Counted from the first letter of the stretch, positions 10,201 to 20,018 are shown. The stretch is 64,000 bases of DNA from Anaerohalosphaeraceae bacterium (GCA_963675525.2 CAXXSL010000016.1:96001-160000); one strand, 5' to 3'. Notes: generated from the letters alone by a model not told the origin. Translations and numbers: made by a program.

Positions 10201-10734
10201 ATTGCCGTCGGCATCGTATCCTTCCAGCGTATACCAGAACACCTGCCCCAGCGCCGTCGCATCGGGCCCCAACGCCGGACGAATCCCTTCCGGCAGCGTT
10301 CCGGCGGGCAGCGAGTTCAGCCGTTCAATAATCTTCGCACGCGACCAGTCAAAATCCGCATCATCATCGAAGATGACATAAATACTCGAAAAGCCGAACA
10401 TGGAATTGCTGCGGATCGTCTTGACCTTCGGGATGCCTAACAAACTCACCGTCAGCGGATAAGTAATCTGGTCCTGGATATCCTGAGGACTTCGGCCGGG
10501 CCACTCGGTAAAGATGATCTGCTGATTTTCCCCGATATCCGGAATCGCATCCACCGGTACAGGCCATCGGGGCAAGCCGGACGTCTCCCAGTCAAACGGC
10601 GCAACGATCACACCGGCCAGAACCGCCGCGATCACCAACAGCAGGACAACCAGTCGATTGTTGAGGCAAAACCACAACAGCCCGGCCAGTAAACCCTTGT
10701 TCTGTTTTTCCTGTTTGTCAAGAAGTTCGTTCAT
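7216..10734 (-). CDS. cusA: Heavy-metal efflux RND permease, CusA/SilA family
   Basis: VDAIPDIGENQQIIFTEWPGRSPQ, LGPDATALGQV, GFLALFGIATDDG and RVRPALMT motifs. Confidence 0.92.
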   Translation of the reverse strand: MNELLDKQEKQNKGLLAGLLWFCLNNRLVVLLLVIAAVLAGVIVAPFDWETSGLPRWPVPVDAIPDIGENQQIIFTEWPGRSPQDIQDQITYPLTVSLLGIPKVKTIRSNSMFGFSSIYVIFDDDADFDWSRAKIIERLNSLPAGTLPEGIRPALGPDATALGQVFWYTLEGYDADGNPTGGWDLDELRTIQDWTVRYALQSARGVAEVASVGGFVREYQIDVDPDAMFAAGIGLNDVFGSIKSSNRDVGARTIEINRAEYVVRGIGFIKTVVDIENIVLKVNDNIPICVKDIAHVSTGPALRRGVLDKEGAEAVGGVVVVRYGENPLKAIQNVKAKINEIAPGLPRKTLEDGTVSQVRIVPFYDRTGLIYETLGTLNDAISQEILITIIVVIVLLRHLRSSMLISGLLPLAVLMSFVAMKYFKVDANIVALSGIVIAIGTMVDTGIVICENIVRHMHEAPPEKSRLQIIYEASCEVASAVLAAICTTIISFLPVFTMIGPEGKLFKPLAFTKTFALFASAIVAILVIPVFAYWFYKGQRKRFAETKRKLFGFASLFDLVAVVLVAVILSKYWMPLGPNATLVLNFIFVAVLLALLLILILLMNRFYPQMLGWCLEHKGLFLMLPLGLVVAGFFAWQSLGREFMPSLDEGSFLYMPTTMPHASIGEATDVLSKIDSAIKSIPEVNTVVGKIGRVDSPLDPAPISMVETVIDYKPKYKRDQNGRMVTDDNGKAIRQWRDHIETPRDIWDEIVKVAKLPGTTSAPLLQPIETRLIMLQTGMRAPMGIKIKGPDLETIEAVGLSLEQHLKQVPSVDPATVYADRIVAKPYLEILIDRQEIARYGLRIDDVQNVIEIAIGGKPITMTVEGRQRYPVRVRYLRELRDEIHKLDDILVPAPGGVQIPLGQLTKIEYTPGPQVIKSEDTFLVGYVLFDAKEGLAEVDTVEDCKGYLDGQIQSGNFTLPDGVSYSFAGSYENQVHAQKTLKLVLPIALGLIFIILYFQFKTVSQTLLVFSGIFVAWSGGFLLLWLYGQGWFMDVSILGLDFRQLFNIHTYNLSVAVWVGFLALFGIATDDGVLMMTYLNQQFKNATPETVAQIRRAAIIAAHKRVRPALMTSATTILALLPVLTSTGRGSDIMVPMAIPSFGGMTLELITIFIVPVLFCWIQERKATKVG

Positions 10735-10759
10735 GGACTGTTAAATCGCACTAATCGGT

Positions 10760-11137
10760 CTATTGTTTAAATTGCGGAAGGTCTTTGATATATTTGGCCG
10801 GGTCCTTTTCAAACTCCGCCTTGCAAGACGGGCAGCAGAAATAAACCTTTTTCCCTTCGTACTCAACAAAAACACTTTTGTCGATCGGCCCTTTCATCAC
10901 GGGACAGACGGTTTGTTCGGCGGCTATGGTTTTAGCCTCTTCGATCGCCGCACCGGCCGTTTTCATCGCTTCTTCCGACATGGTATCGGCCGTGTCTTTG
11001 GCCTCATCCATCATTTTGTCCATGTCGTGTGATTCGGGCATAACAGGCGTATCGGATTTCTTTTTACATCCCGCCAATAAGATGCTCATCCCTGTAACCA
11101 ACAAGGCAATCATCAAAATATTGACTGCTTTTTTCAT
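10760..11137 (-). CDS. Lipoprotein with Met-rich linker and YHS/TRASH metal-binding domain
   Basis: Lipobox LAGC; CPVM...YEGKKVYFCCPSC. Confidence 0.85.
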   Translation of the reverse strand: MKKAVNILMIALLVTGMSILLAGCKKKSDTPVMPESHDMDKMMDEAKDTADTMSEEAMKTAGAAIEEAKTIAAEQTVCPVMKGPIDKSVFVEYEGKKVYFCCPSCKAEFEKDPAKYIKDLPQFKQ

Positions 11138-11173
11138 CGCTTAATCCTTTCAGAAGAGTTTCCCATTTTCGAA

Positions 11174-12892
11174 TTATTGACTTAACTTCTCAAACTGCGG
11201 CAGATTGACGAGATATTTCTCTGGATTTTTGTTGAACTCATCGATACAGCCGGGACAGCAGAAATACACTTTTTTGCCCTCGTATTCGACAAAGATCTCT
11301 TTATTTATGTTGTTCCCCATCACAGGACAGATTGTTTGTTCGGTCTCATTTTTGGATACAGTATCACTTTTTGCTGTTGGCTTCGGGGTATCCATTTTCA
11401 TTTGTTGATCACCATGATCATGTCCCGGAGGCGCTACGCCGCCGGTGTCCATCATACTCGGTTTAGCCTGTATCTGCATTTCAGAATCGATCTTGAAATT
11501 CCCGTTCGTCACCACCCGCTCGCCTTCCATCAGCCCCGACAAAACAATATAATCATCGCCAACCCGAGAACCCAGCGTAACTTCCCTGCCCATAAACGTT
11601 GGTTTGTCGGCCCCTTCGACCTGCACATAAACCACTGCTTTATTCAGTTTCCGCCCGGTCACTAACGCGGCCGTGGCCGGAACCACCAGCGGCGGTGTAG
11701 TGTCGCCCTGAACACCATAACCCAGCGTTTTGGCGGGTACCAAATCCATCCCGCAAACGGGACATTGTCCGGCTGTCTTCTCAATAATCTCGCCATGCAT
11801 CGGGCATATCCATTTCTCCGCCAAAGAAGCAACGGCTGCCGGACCCTGTTCGGTAACCGGCACAGAAACCAGTGCATGAACCAGCATATTGGGCTTGAGC
11901 TTTCCATCTATATTTTCCACAACCGCCCGTACTTTCACCGTTCGCGTTTTATCGTCCAGAACCGGACTGACGAAACTAACGCGCCCCTTGAAAATTCTCC
12001 CCGGCCACGATTCCGTCGTAAACGCCACATCACGCCCAAACTGAATCCACGGTAATTGCGACTCATACACATCCAGCAGCACCCACAGCGTTGACATATC
12101 CGCTATCGTATAGATCGGCGTACCGGTCTTGACATACATGCCTTCGGACGCCATCTTATTGATAACCACCCCGCCGATCGGTGCGTAAACCGTCAGTTGG
12201 TCCAATGGTTTTGACGCCTTTTCAATGTCGGCGATCTGCTGTTCGGTCAGCCCCAGCAGCCGGAGCTTTTCTCGGGATGCCTCAAGCGTCTGACGAATTG
12301 AGCGGTTCACCAGTTCGGTGCTTCCATCGAGTGTCTTTGCCGATTCGATCGCCTGCAAAAATTCCGCCTGGGCCGTGATCAGTTCCGGGCTGTAAAGCTC
12401 GACCATGTGGTCGCCCTTCTTGACGGCAATCCCCGTAAAATCCACAAACAATCGGTCGATCCGTCCCGGCACCCATGCCGTGATCGTTTTGGTGCGCGTT
12501 TCATCCAGTGCGATTTTGCCGACAAGCCGAACCTCGTGCGACATTTCCTTGCGCTCGACAAGACTGGTCTGAATCTCCATCAACTTAACCGCTTCCGCCG
12601 AAAAGGCAATCATCCGGTCGGCATGTTCTATTGCCTCATCCTCACCGCCGGAGGTAATCGGGATTAAAGCCATACCGCAGATGCGGCACTTGCCCGGCTT
12701 GTCCTCACGGATCTGCGGATGCATCGAACAGGTCCATACCGTTTTGACGGCATCGACAACCTCCGGCTGCATCGCCGAAGATCGGTTTTTCAACGCATGG
12801 AAACCATAGCCGATCAAAAACGAAACAACCAAGAGAATTGCAATCGATATTTTTTTTGAGAAAATACAGTGTTCTTTTTTGGGCTCACTCAT
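11174..12892 (-). CDS. cusB: CusB-type efflux membrane fusion protein with heavy-metal-binding and C-terminal YHS domains
   Basis: WTCSMHPQI and WICPMH metal-binding motifs, YSPELITAQAE MFP core, C-terminal CPVM..YFCCPGC. Confidence 0.9.
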   Translation of the reverse strand: MSEPKKEHCIFSKKISIAILLVVSFLIGYGFHALKNRSSAMQPEVVDAVKTVWTCSMHPQIREDKPGKCRICGMALIPITSGGEDEAIEHADRMIAFSAEAVKLMEIQTSLVERKEMSHEVRLVGKIALDETRTKTITAWVPGRIDRLFVDFTGIAVKKGDHMVELYSPELITAQAEFLQAIESAKTLDGSTELVNRSIRQTLEASREKLRLLGLTEQQIADIEKASKPLDQLTVYAPIGGVVINKMASEGMYVKTGTPIYTIADMSTLWVLLDVYESQLPWIQFGRDVAFTTESWPGRIFKGRVSFVSPVLDDKTRTVKVRAVVENIDGKLKPNMLVHALVSVPVTEQGPAAVASLAEKWICPMHGEIIEKTAGQCPVCGMDLVPAKTLGYGVQGDTTPPLVVPATAALVTGRKLNKAVVYVQVEGADKPTFMGREVTLGSRVGDDYIVLSGLMEGERVVTNGNFKIDSEMQIQAKPSMMDTGGVAPPGHDHGDQQMKMDTPKPTAKSDTVSKNETEQTICPVMGNNINKEIFVEYEGKKVYFCCPGCIDEFNKNPEKYLVNLPQFEKLSQ

Positions 12893-13015
12893 ATTCGGCA
12901 CCTTTAATGTCGATTATTCCTACTTGTTTAGTAGGGTTATTGTTCGGGATTTTTAGTGTATTTGGTTGATTAAACAATTACTCATCGTTGCTATAGCCCT
13001 TTTTATGCCATTAAA

Positions 13016-14296
13016 TCAGTTTTGAGGCAAGACTCCGCCAACCAAAACCTCAATTTCCGCCAGCCCTTGTAGATGGTCGGTCAAAATGCGAAGCCAGGTC
13101 AATTCGAAGGTCAAAAGCTTCCGCTGGGCATCCACAAGATTCAAAAAGTCAACCGAACCGTTGCGATAGGCCGACTCCGACACCTCAAGCATCTCTTTGG
13201 CACGGGGGATCAGGGTATTCTTGTAAAGCTGGGCCTTGCGGTGAGTTTCCTCGACATCGTATAGAACATCCGCTGCATGAGCCGCTAAGTCATATTCGGT
13301 CTGCATTTGCCGGCTTCGAGCCTTTCGTATTTTTGCCCGGGCTTGATTTTCTCCGGCTTTATAGCTGTCCGCCCACAGCGGAATGTTCACCGAAACCATC
13401 GCCACAATCGGGTCACGCCCCGAACCCCACGTATTCGGCATCCTCGCCGAATCGGTCTGTATCCAGTCCACCCCTACACTCACATCGGGATAGTAGCGTT
13501 TTTGGGCCAGTTCCAGTTGGTGACGGGCCGCCTGAATCTCTTTTTTCAAGGCCGCCAGTTCCGGATTCTGTTCTTCAATGAGCGAAAATACCTGCTCGGA
13601 ATCGAGCGTCATAAAAGCCGTTTCATTTTTCGGCCACGCCAGCGGTTCCTGGCTGTCACGGTTCAGGATAGCGTTCAACCCCGACACCATCGGCGCCTGC
13701 ATATTCCGCAAGCTTGTTAGATGGTCCTCCATCAGTGCCAATTCGATCTGGGCACGAATGATATCCGGATGGGTCGTAGCCGCTGTGCGGTAGCGGGCCT
13801 GTGCGACCTGCTCGAAATGTTTCAGGAGTTCCAGATTCTGCTCGGCAATCCCGATGGCCTCATGCAGATAGGCATATTCATACACCGCATGTTTGACCTT
13901 TGCGAACAGCTTGAGCTTTTCGGCCTGGTATTGATAGTAGGCCGCTTTGGCGGAGGCCGCCGCCGCATCCGTGCGGGCCTCGATCTTGCCGAACCACGGG
14001 AACATCTGTGAAATGCTGAACCGCTGCTTCTGCGGACCTGTGCGGGTTTCGACCTCCTCGATAAAATACCCATATGTAAACCGGGGATCGTCAAGTGCTT
14101 TGGCCTGCGGAACAGCCATCGTCGCGACACGCCATTGAGCAAACGAAGCCTTCAGCCCAGCGTTGTTCATCGCCGCAATGCGCAAATAATCCTCAACCGT
14201 CAAAAGCTGGTTGGGTTCTGAATTCGCCTCCTCGGCAAACGCTGAAACACAGAGCAGTGTGATGAATCCGAGCAGAATGAGTTTTGAATACCGCAT
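13016..14296 (-). CDS. TolC/CusC-family outer membrane efflux protein
   Basis: Signal peptide, OEP helical repeats (AYRNGSVDFLNLVDAQ); upstream of cusB/cusA. Confidence 0.88.
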   Translation of the reverse strand: MRYSKLILLGFITLLCVSAFAEEANSEPNQLLTVEDYLRIAAMNNAGLKASFAQWRVATMAVPQAKALDDPRFTYGYFIEEVETRTGPQKQRFSISQMFPWFGKIEARTDAAAASAKAAYYQYQAEKLKLFAKVKHAVYEYAYLHEAIGIAEQNLELLKHFEQVAQARYRTAATTHPDIIRAQIELALMEDHLTSLRNMQAPMVSGLNAILNRDSQEPLAWPKNETAFMTLDSEQVFSLIEEQNPELAALKKEIQAARHQLELAQKRYYPDVSVGVDWIQTDSARMPNTWGSGRDPIVAMVSVNIPLWADSYKAGENQARAKIRKARSRQMQTEYDLAAHAADVLYDVEETHRKAQLYKNTLIPRAKEMLEVSESAYRNGSVDFLNLVDAQRKLLTFELTWLRILTDHLQGLAEIEVLVGGVLPQN

Positions 14297-14396
14297 CGAC
14301 AATCCCTTTTCGCGGAATACCTACATTGTCAATTAAGATACTATGAAAACAGCTTATCGCAAATACGCCAAATAATCAAAGAATTATTTTGTGATT

Positions 14397-15731
14397 TTAA
14401 AAACTGTACCGCACGGCGGTGTAGATATTTGTGTTATTTTCGAACTGGGCGAAGAAGGTGTTCGGATAATCGCCGAAGAAGAGGTTGGCGCCAGATTCCA
14501 GTGTCAGGTTGTCGCTGGCCTTGTAGTTGATGTTCGGCCGCAGGTAGGCATCTTTATCGCTGGGCGAGTAATAGGTAAACAGCGACAGGCGAAGATTCTG
14601 ATTCATCAGCAGCTTGGTCAGCCGCAGCGTTACCACGTGCCGCTCGCGGTCGCGTGCCGCACCGCCGGGCAGGTTATCCTTATACGCCCCGTAGTCCAGC
14701 ATCTGCTCCAGATAATACTGCACGCCCGCATTGAAATCTTTTGCGATATCCTGCGAATAGCCAACCAGGTAACGCATCTCGGAATTGTTTATCAGCGGGT
14801 CGCTGCCGTTTTCGTCATCGTCGGATTGATAATACGCGACTTCCGCATTCCCAATCCCTTTGCCGACCTGTCCGCGGGCACTAGCGCCATAGACACTCAA
14901 ATCGGGAAATAATGCCTGCCCGCCCGCCGTTTGTCCGCCGGGACTTTTCCAGAATCCCCGATAGCCGTACAAGGCCAGCTCATAATTGCTGACATTCTTG
15001 TAGACGCGCACCGCGATCTCATCATCCCTGAACCAGCGGTCGGGTTTGTTGGTGTGGACAATCGCATCACGGCCCGCATGGCGGCCCAGCGTGCCGTTCC
15101 AGTATGAGATATAGTCGCCGGTGATGTACCGGTCCGAATCGAACTGCGGCGTATAAACGATGTCCACATTTGCCGCATCGTTAAAGAAACTCAACTTCAC
15201 CGCATCCGACGGCGATTTCAGGTAGTCCGTATCGCGCCCGATGAAAAACGACTGCCAGTCCTTGGGAAACATGTCATTCAAGAACAGTAAATCACCCGTT
15301 CCCCAGGTCAAAACCTGACGGCCGATCTTGATATCCATGAAATCCGTCGGCCGGGTGAACAGCCACGCCTCGCGCATATCGAATTCGCCCTCTTCGATGA
15401 TCATGTCACCGTAGAAATCACCTTTCAATTTGAAATCGGCCCAGTCGTTATAGGTCGCCAAATCCAACTGCAGGCGGGTTTCCATGATGGACATATCTTT
15501 TTCATACGGGTCTTTGCGCGTGCGGTAACCGGCACGAACTTCATAAAAACCATGTATCTCCGGCGGCGAAAACTGGTCGAGGACAGATTTGTTCGTCTCT
15601 TCTGCATGAACGCTTGAACTTGTAATAAGCAATAAAAGCGCGGCGACGTAAGTCGCCCGATGATGCCAGCCACTGGGTATCCCATCCGGCGACTCACGTC
15701 GCTCGGCTTTTACGAATCTTTCACTTGGCAT
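14397..15731 (-). CDS. Putative outer-membrane beta-barrel protein (DUF1302-like)
   Basis: Signal peptide, IGRQVLTWGTGD motif, C-terminal YTAVRYSF beta-signal. Confidence 0.7.
   Translation of the reverse strand: MPSERFVKAERRESPDGIPSGWHHRATYVAALLLLITSSSVHAEETNKSVLDQFSPPEIHGFYEVRAGYRTRKDPYEKDMSIMETRLQLDLATYNDWADFKLKGDFYGDMIIEEGEFDMREAWLFTRPTDFMDIKIGRQVLTWGTGDLLFLNDMFPKDWQSFFIGRDTDYLKSPSDAVKLSFFNDAANVDIVYTPQFDSDRYITGDYISYWNGTLGRHAGRDAIVHTNKPDRWFRDDEIAVRVYKNVSNYELALYGYRGFWKSPGGQTAGGQALFPDLSVYGASARGQVGKGIGNAEVAYYQSDDDENGSDPLINNSEMRYLVGYSQDIAKDFNAGVQYYLEQMLDYGAYKDNLPGGAARDRERHVVTLRLTKLLMNQNLRLSLFTYYSPSDKDAYLRPNINYKASDNLTLESGANLFFGDYPNTFFAQFENNTNIYTAVRYSF
15633..15712. repeat. REP-like inverted doublet (REPIN-like 80-bp hairpin) inside the 5' end of the OM barrel CDS
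   Basis: 30-bp arms 15633-15662 and 15683-15712 match 25/30 as inverted repeats; each arm carries its own GCGAC-N4-GTCGC mini-hairpin. Confidence 0.75.
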
Positions 15732-16561
15732 TATCGCATGGCCTCCCGCGGTGGTCTCCGCAAATAACGTTCGGTAAAGAGGTCATCCGCCAGCCCAAGA
15801 TTATACTGAATATCGGAAAACGTCATCGTTGTGGTGCTGCCGGTTTTAAAATCCTTCACCACTGACTCGGTAACGGTCGGATAAACAACTTCTTTCTCAC
15901 CTTCTTTGGCTGTGATGTCTTCGACCTTGACCGATTCAATCGTTCGATAAAGTGTGTCGCTTTTATCAAAATACTCCATCTTCATCGGCATCATTGTTTT
16001 TTTGTCAATGGAGACATTGTAGTACGCAAATTCAACCGTGTCAGGATTTTTAGGCGTATTCTTCACCACATAGAATTGTTCGGTCGTCTCGGTCAGCACA
16101 TGCACATCTTCATCCAGACTCCGGCCAGACACATCCTCATACAAAAAGTCCGAGCCGACAAAGCTGGTGCGTTTGTCGCTGGAGGCAATGCGTTTGACCA
16201 AATCGAGATTCGGCAGATACAGCCACCGGTCATCGTCGCTGGCAGCGGCCGTATGCTTGTGCACCATGAACACCATCTTGCGGACATCGGCGGGAGCCAG
16301 AAAATAAACGAAATACTTCTGGTCGGCGTCTTTTTCGTCTGCGTTTTTTCGCAGGATGATAAATTCCCGGTTCCGCTGGCGGTCCTGTTTGTCCGCGATA
16401 ACCATCGTCACCTTGCTTTTGCCGTCAGCGCCCTGATAATACGCGGCGTGGTTGGCCTTCTGTACAATCTGGTCAACGGCCAACGCTTCGGCCGCCGCCG
16501 CAAAAACACCGCTTGCAGATATTCCAATAACACTTAATAATAAAAATAACTTTAGCTTCAT
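15731..16561 (-). CDS. Outer-membrane lipoprotein-sorting (LolA-like) periplasmic protein
   Basis: Signal peptide; DDRWLYLPNLDLVKRIASSDKRTSFVGSDFLYED motif. Confidence 0.85.
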   Translation of the reverse strand: MKLKLFLLLSVIGISASGVFAAAAEALAVDQIVQKANHAAYYQGADGKSKVTMVIADKQDRQRNREFIILRKNADEKDADQKYFVYFLAPADVRKMVFMVHKHTAAASDDDRWLYLPNLDLVKRIASSDKRTSFVGSDFLYEDVSGRSLDEDVHVLTETTEQFYVVKNTPKNPDTVEFAYYNVSIDKKTMMPMKMEYFDKSDTLYRTIESVKVEDITAKEGEKEVVYPTVTESVVKDFKTGSTTTMTFSDIQYNLGLADDLFTERYLRRPPREAMR

Positions 16562-16562
16562 G

Positions 16563-19430
16563 TTAAACCTCACTTTCGTCTTTTTCTTTCGACAGTTTAC
16601 ACGCCTGTCGTCTCGATAACAAGCCGCATATCAAAATCAAAATCGGCAGCAGTCCGATACTCATCCATGTTAGTTTCGTGATTCCCATCTGCCAGTACTG
16701 ATGCAGATTCAGAGCGACTAATGCCATAACTGCAATAGAGATAATCAGACAGAACCCGCAATGACAGCCGACCGATTCGACTTTTTTAGCTTTCTTAAAG
16801 AACCATTTTTCCGCAGCCGTTAAAAATGCCGGCAAGGCGATTAATGTAATAATGCCCGAGACCGCCATGATGGCGCACAGGAAAAATCCGACTGTTTTAT
16901 ACGGCATTAGTGGGGCGGCCAATAGCGGTAAAAACCCGATTGCGATCACCAAGACATTGCGGCTGATGGCACGGGCTGGTTCGCCGAACATCTCGCTGGC
17001 GGCCTTTTGCCATGAACCTGCCGCAGCATAAGCCGTCCGGCTGCGCTCCAGAAAGTGGATCGCAAAATCCACCGCCATCCCCAGCGTCAACGCGCTGAGC
17101 ACCGCCACCGGCATATCATAATCCTTGCCGATGAAACCGATCATCCCGTAAATCGTCGCAATGGTAATCGTCAGCGGAACCATACATAACAGCCCCCATA
17201 ACGGTGACCGAAACAAAAGCGACATCATAATAAAGACCACCAGAAAACTGCCCAAAAACGATTGCAGCATCCCGAAGACCATCTTGTTCTGCCAGACCGT
17301 GTTAATATACGTCAGCCCCGCCCATTGATGCGTCATCGCAATCGGCGGCTGATGGGCGACGAAGTACGCATCTACTGCTTTGACGACTTGTTCCATGTCT
17401 TTGTTGTCCCCGCTGGTCAACTGCATCCAGATATTGACATGGCGGTAGTCCGGCGTGGTCATATGCCACAAGTCGTGGGGACGGTGGCTTTGCTGATACT
17501 GGATCAAACACTCAGACACCATCGCCTTATTATCCGGGATACGGAAGCTTGCCTGTGAGCCGTCAATCAACTCCTGATGCACTTTCTTGACAATGTCGGC
17601 CAGCGAATTGCTTTTGCCGACCAATCCGGTATCCTCCAGATGCTTTTGCAGTCCCGCCATATATTGTAGCGTCTGCGGGCTCTTGAATAGTTCCGGTTTT
17701 TCAAAGCCAGTTGCAAATGAGTCAAAATGGGCGGTCATCTCATTCCAAGCATAGAACAAATCATCGTCATCGTCTGGAACAGATTCAATCTCTTTGTCCA
17801 TCAGTTCCTTAAGCGTATCCACAAAAGCGACTCGACTAAATTCATCGAATACAATTGTTTGCAATAAGTCCTCAATTTTTTGAACTACAAGCGGTGCTTT
17901 AGGATACTGCTCTTTGATGGACTGAGCTTTCTCCTGAAGATATGTTAAAAGATCTGCTGATAATAATTCTGGATATTCGTGCAGTTCCGCCTCTGCATCC
18001 AATACCAGATAGGCCATGTACGTCCCGCCAAAGTGGGCATTTAAGGCGGTATCCGCCTGGCGAATCGGGTGGCTTTTAGAAAACCATTTGACGGGATTGT
18101 CGTTGATCTGGATTTTGGTAATGCCCCAGACCGCAACGGCTGTTAAGACCACCAGCAGCGTCAAAATAGTTTTGGCATAACGATGGGTTAACCCGCCGAC
18201 AGTCTGCAGCATCCGGGTGAGGGCACTTTGCTTTTGGTCATGATGCACCGCCATGCCGAAGTTGGCCAGCCGCTTTTCCGGTATCATCATGACATACGCC
18301 GGCACAAACGTCACCGTAAACAACCATGCGATCATGATTCCCGTTGCCACGAACACGCCGAACACCTGCACCGGCGGGATTGGCGTCAGCGCCAGCGACA
18401 GAAAACCGGCCGCAGACGTTAGCGACGTATACAACATTGGCGTAAATAATCCGTGCATGACTTCCTCAATTGCGGCCTTGCGGCCTATCTCTTTCGTATA
18501 CACGTCGAAAAATGCCGAAAGGATATGTACCGAGTCCACCACCGCGATCGGCATCAGGAAAATCGGGATCATCGAACTCATGATGTGCACCGGATAGCCA
18601 AAGCCGATGAGCAGGCCCATCGTCGAAAGAACCGACACCATCGCGATGACCATCGGCGAAATCACCAGTACCAGCTTGCGGAAGAAAATCAGCATCAAAA
18701 TAAAAATCGTCAGCATCGCCAGCGGCGCCGAAATTGCCATCTGGATAAACATCTCCACGCCGAATGTATCCTCGGCGACCGGCAGGCCGGTAATATGATA
18801 ATCTTCATCCCCGCCCAATGTGGCGATTTTCTGATTCAGTTCTGAATACACGCGATAGCTGAAATGCTTGTCCGTCAGCGGGATAAACAGCATGATTGCT
18901 TTGCCATCCTCAGAAACCATTGTGCCTTTCAAAAGCGGATTGGAAAGCGCCTTGTCCCGAACCGCCAGCGCCTCGGCCTGAGTCTGTGGTGGTTTCGGCA
19001 TCAGCCATTCAAACTTGATAACGCCGGGCCCGCCTTGTGAAATATGGTCGATTAGCGATGGCGCGATCATATCCACCTCAATCACGCCGGCGATTTTTTC
19101 GGGGGCTTCCCTATCCAAATGGTTCAGCGTTTTGGCAAACTCGGTCAGTTCATAAATGCGCTGCAAAGTCGCCGGGTTAAATACACCGTTTTCGTCTCGT
19201 TCATTGATAACACCCAGCACAACAATATCGCTAAGGTCGAACTGCTTTTTCGTAGCGGTATGAAATATGCGAACCGGTTCGTCGGCGCTGAGCATGTTCT
19301 CCGGGTCCGTATCCACCTTGATCAGCCGAATAAACGCCCCGCAAATCAGCGTAAACAAGACCATCACAAGCGTAACGGCTTTGTAATGATTAACCGAGAA
19401 ATGAACGATTCTATCCTTAAATGTACTCAT
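16563..19430 (-). CDS. MMPL/RND-superfamily transporter
   Basis: Two MMPL halves (IAVVDSVH; LGMAVDFAIH), large periplasmic loops, about 12+ TMs. Confidence 0.88.
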   Translation of the reverse strand: MSTFKDRIVHFSVNHYKAVTLVMVLFTLICGAFIRLIKVDTDPENMLSADEPVRIFHTATKKQFDLSDIVVLGVINERDENGVFNPATLQRIYELTEFAKTLNHLDREAPEKIAGVIEVDMIAPSLIDHISQGGPGVIKFEWLMPKPPQTQAEALAVRDKALSNPLLKGTMVSEDGKAIMLFIPLTDKHFSYRVYSELNQKIATLGGDEDYHITGLPVAEDTFGVEMFIQMAISAPLAMLTIFILMLIFFRKLVLVISPMVIAMVSVLSTMGLLIGFGYPVHIMSSMIPIFLMPIAVVDSVHILSAFFDVYTKEIGRKAAIEEVMHGLFTPMLYTSLTSAAGFLSLALTPIPPVQVFGVFVATGIMIAWLFTVTFVPAYVMMIPEKRLANFGMAVHHDQKQSALTRMLQTVGGLTHRYAKTILTLLVVLTAVAVWGITKIQINDNPVKWFSKSHPIRQADTALNAHFGGTYMAYLVLDAEAELHEYPELLSADLLTYLQEKAQSIKEQYPKAPLVVQKIEDLLQTIVFDEFSRVAFVDTLKELMDKEIESVPDDDDDLFYAWNEMTAHFDSFATGFEKPELFKSPQTLQYMAGLQKHLEDTGLVGKSNSLADIVKKVHQELIDGSQASFRIPDNKAMVSECLIQYQQSHRPHDLWHMTTPDYRHVNIWMQLTSGDNKDMEQVVKAVDAYFVAHQPPIAMTHQWAGLTYINTVWQNKMVFGMLQSFLGSFLVVFIMMSLLFRSPLWGLLCMVPLTITIATIYGMIGFIGKDYDMPVAVLSALTLGMAVDFAIHFLERSRTAYAAAGSWQKAASEMFGEPARAISRNVLVIAIGFLPLLAAPLMPYKTVGFFLCAIMAVSGIITLIALPAFLTAAEKWFFKKAKKVESVGCHCGFCLIISIAVMALVALNLHQYWQMGITKLTWMSIGLLPILILICGLLSRRQACKLSKEKDESEV

Positions 19431-19505
19431 CGTCTTGCTCCCTGAATGTTCCTGTGTATCATTTAACTACTAATTTTAGCTGATTCAATCTCTTTTTGTA
19501 TAATT

Positions 19506-19808
19506 TTAGGAACTATCCTGCTCGCAATGATGATACACGCAATGCAGCAGTTTAATGACATTCGAGTTTTTGATACTGTAAAATACCTTGGTCCCCGCCC
19601 TTCGGCATTGCAAAACCTGTTTGTCCTTCATCAGGCCCAACTGCTGACTGGCCACCGCCTGAGGAACACCCAGTCTTTTAACAAGATCGCCAACACACAT
19701 CTCGCCCTGTTCCAGCAACTCGATGATCTGCAAACGAACCGGATGGGCAACCGCTTTCAAGACCTCAGCAACGTGTTGTGCTATTTCATAATCCATATTC
19801 AACTCCAT
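19506..19808 (-). CDS. ArsR/SmtB family transcriptional regulator
   Basis: LKAVAHPVRLQII, EMCVGDL, VASQQLGLMK wHTH; C-terminal HCVYHHC. Confidence 0.92.
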   Translation of the reverse strand: MELNMDYEIAQHVAEVLKAVAHPVRLQIIELLEQGEMCVGDLVKRLGVPQAVASQQLGLMKDKQVLQCRRAGTKVFYSIKNSNVIKLLHCVYHHCEQDSS

Positions 19809-20018
19809 ATATCATAACATCCTTATATAACTATATATGTATATAACACTGATTGTTCGAATTTTTTACTTAAAAAGACATTATTTTGTGTTTTATCTTA
19901 AAAAGTCGTTTAAAATCGTAATTTTCCGTAACAATAATCCTGTTTTTGCGTCTTATTTTAGTAGAAAAGACATCTCATACGAGTGTTTCTTAGTCCATGA
20001 TTTTAGAAGGGTTGTCCC

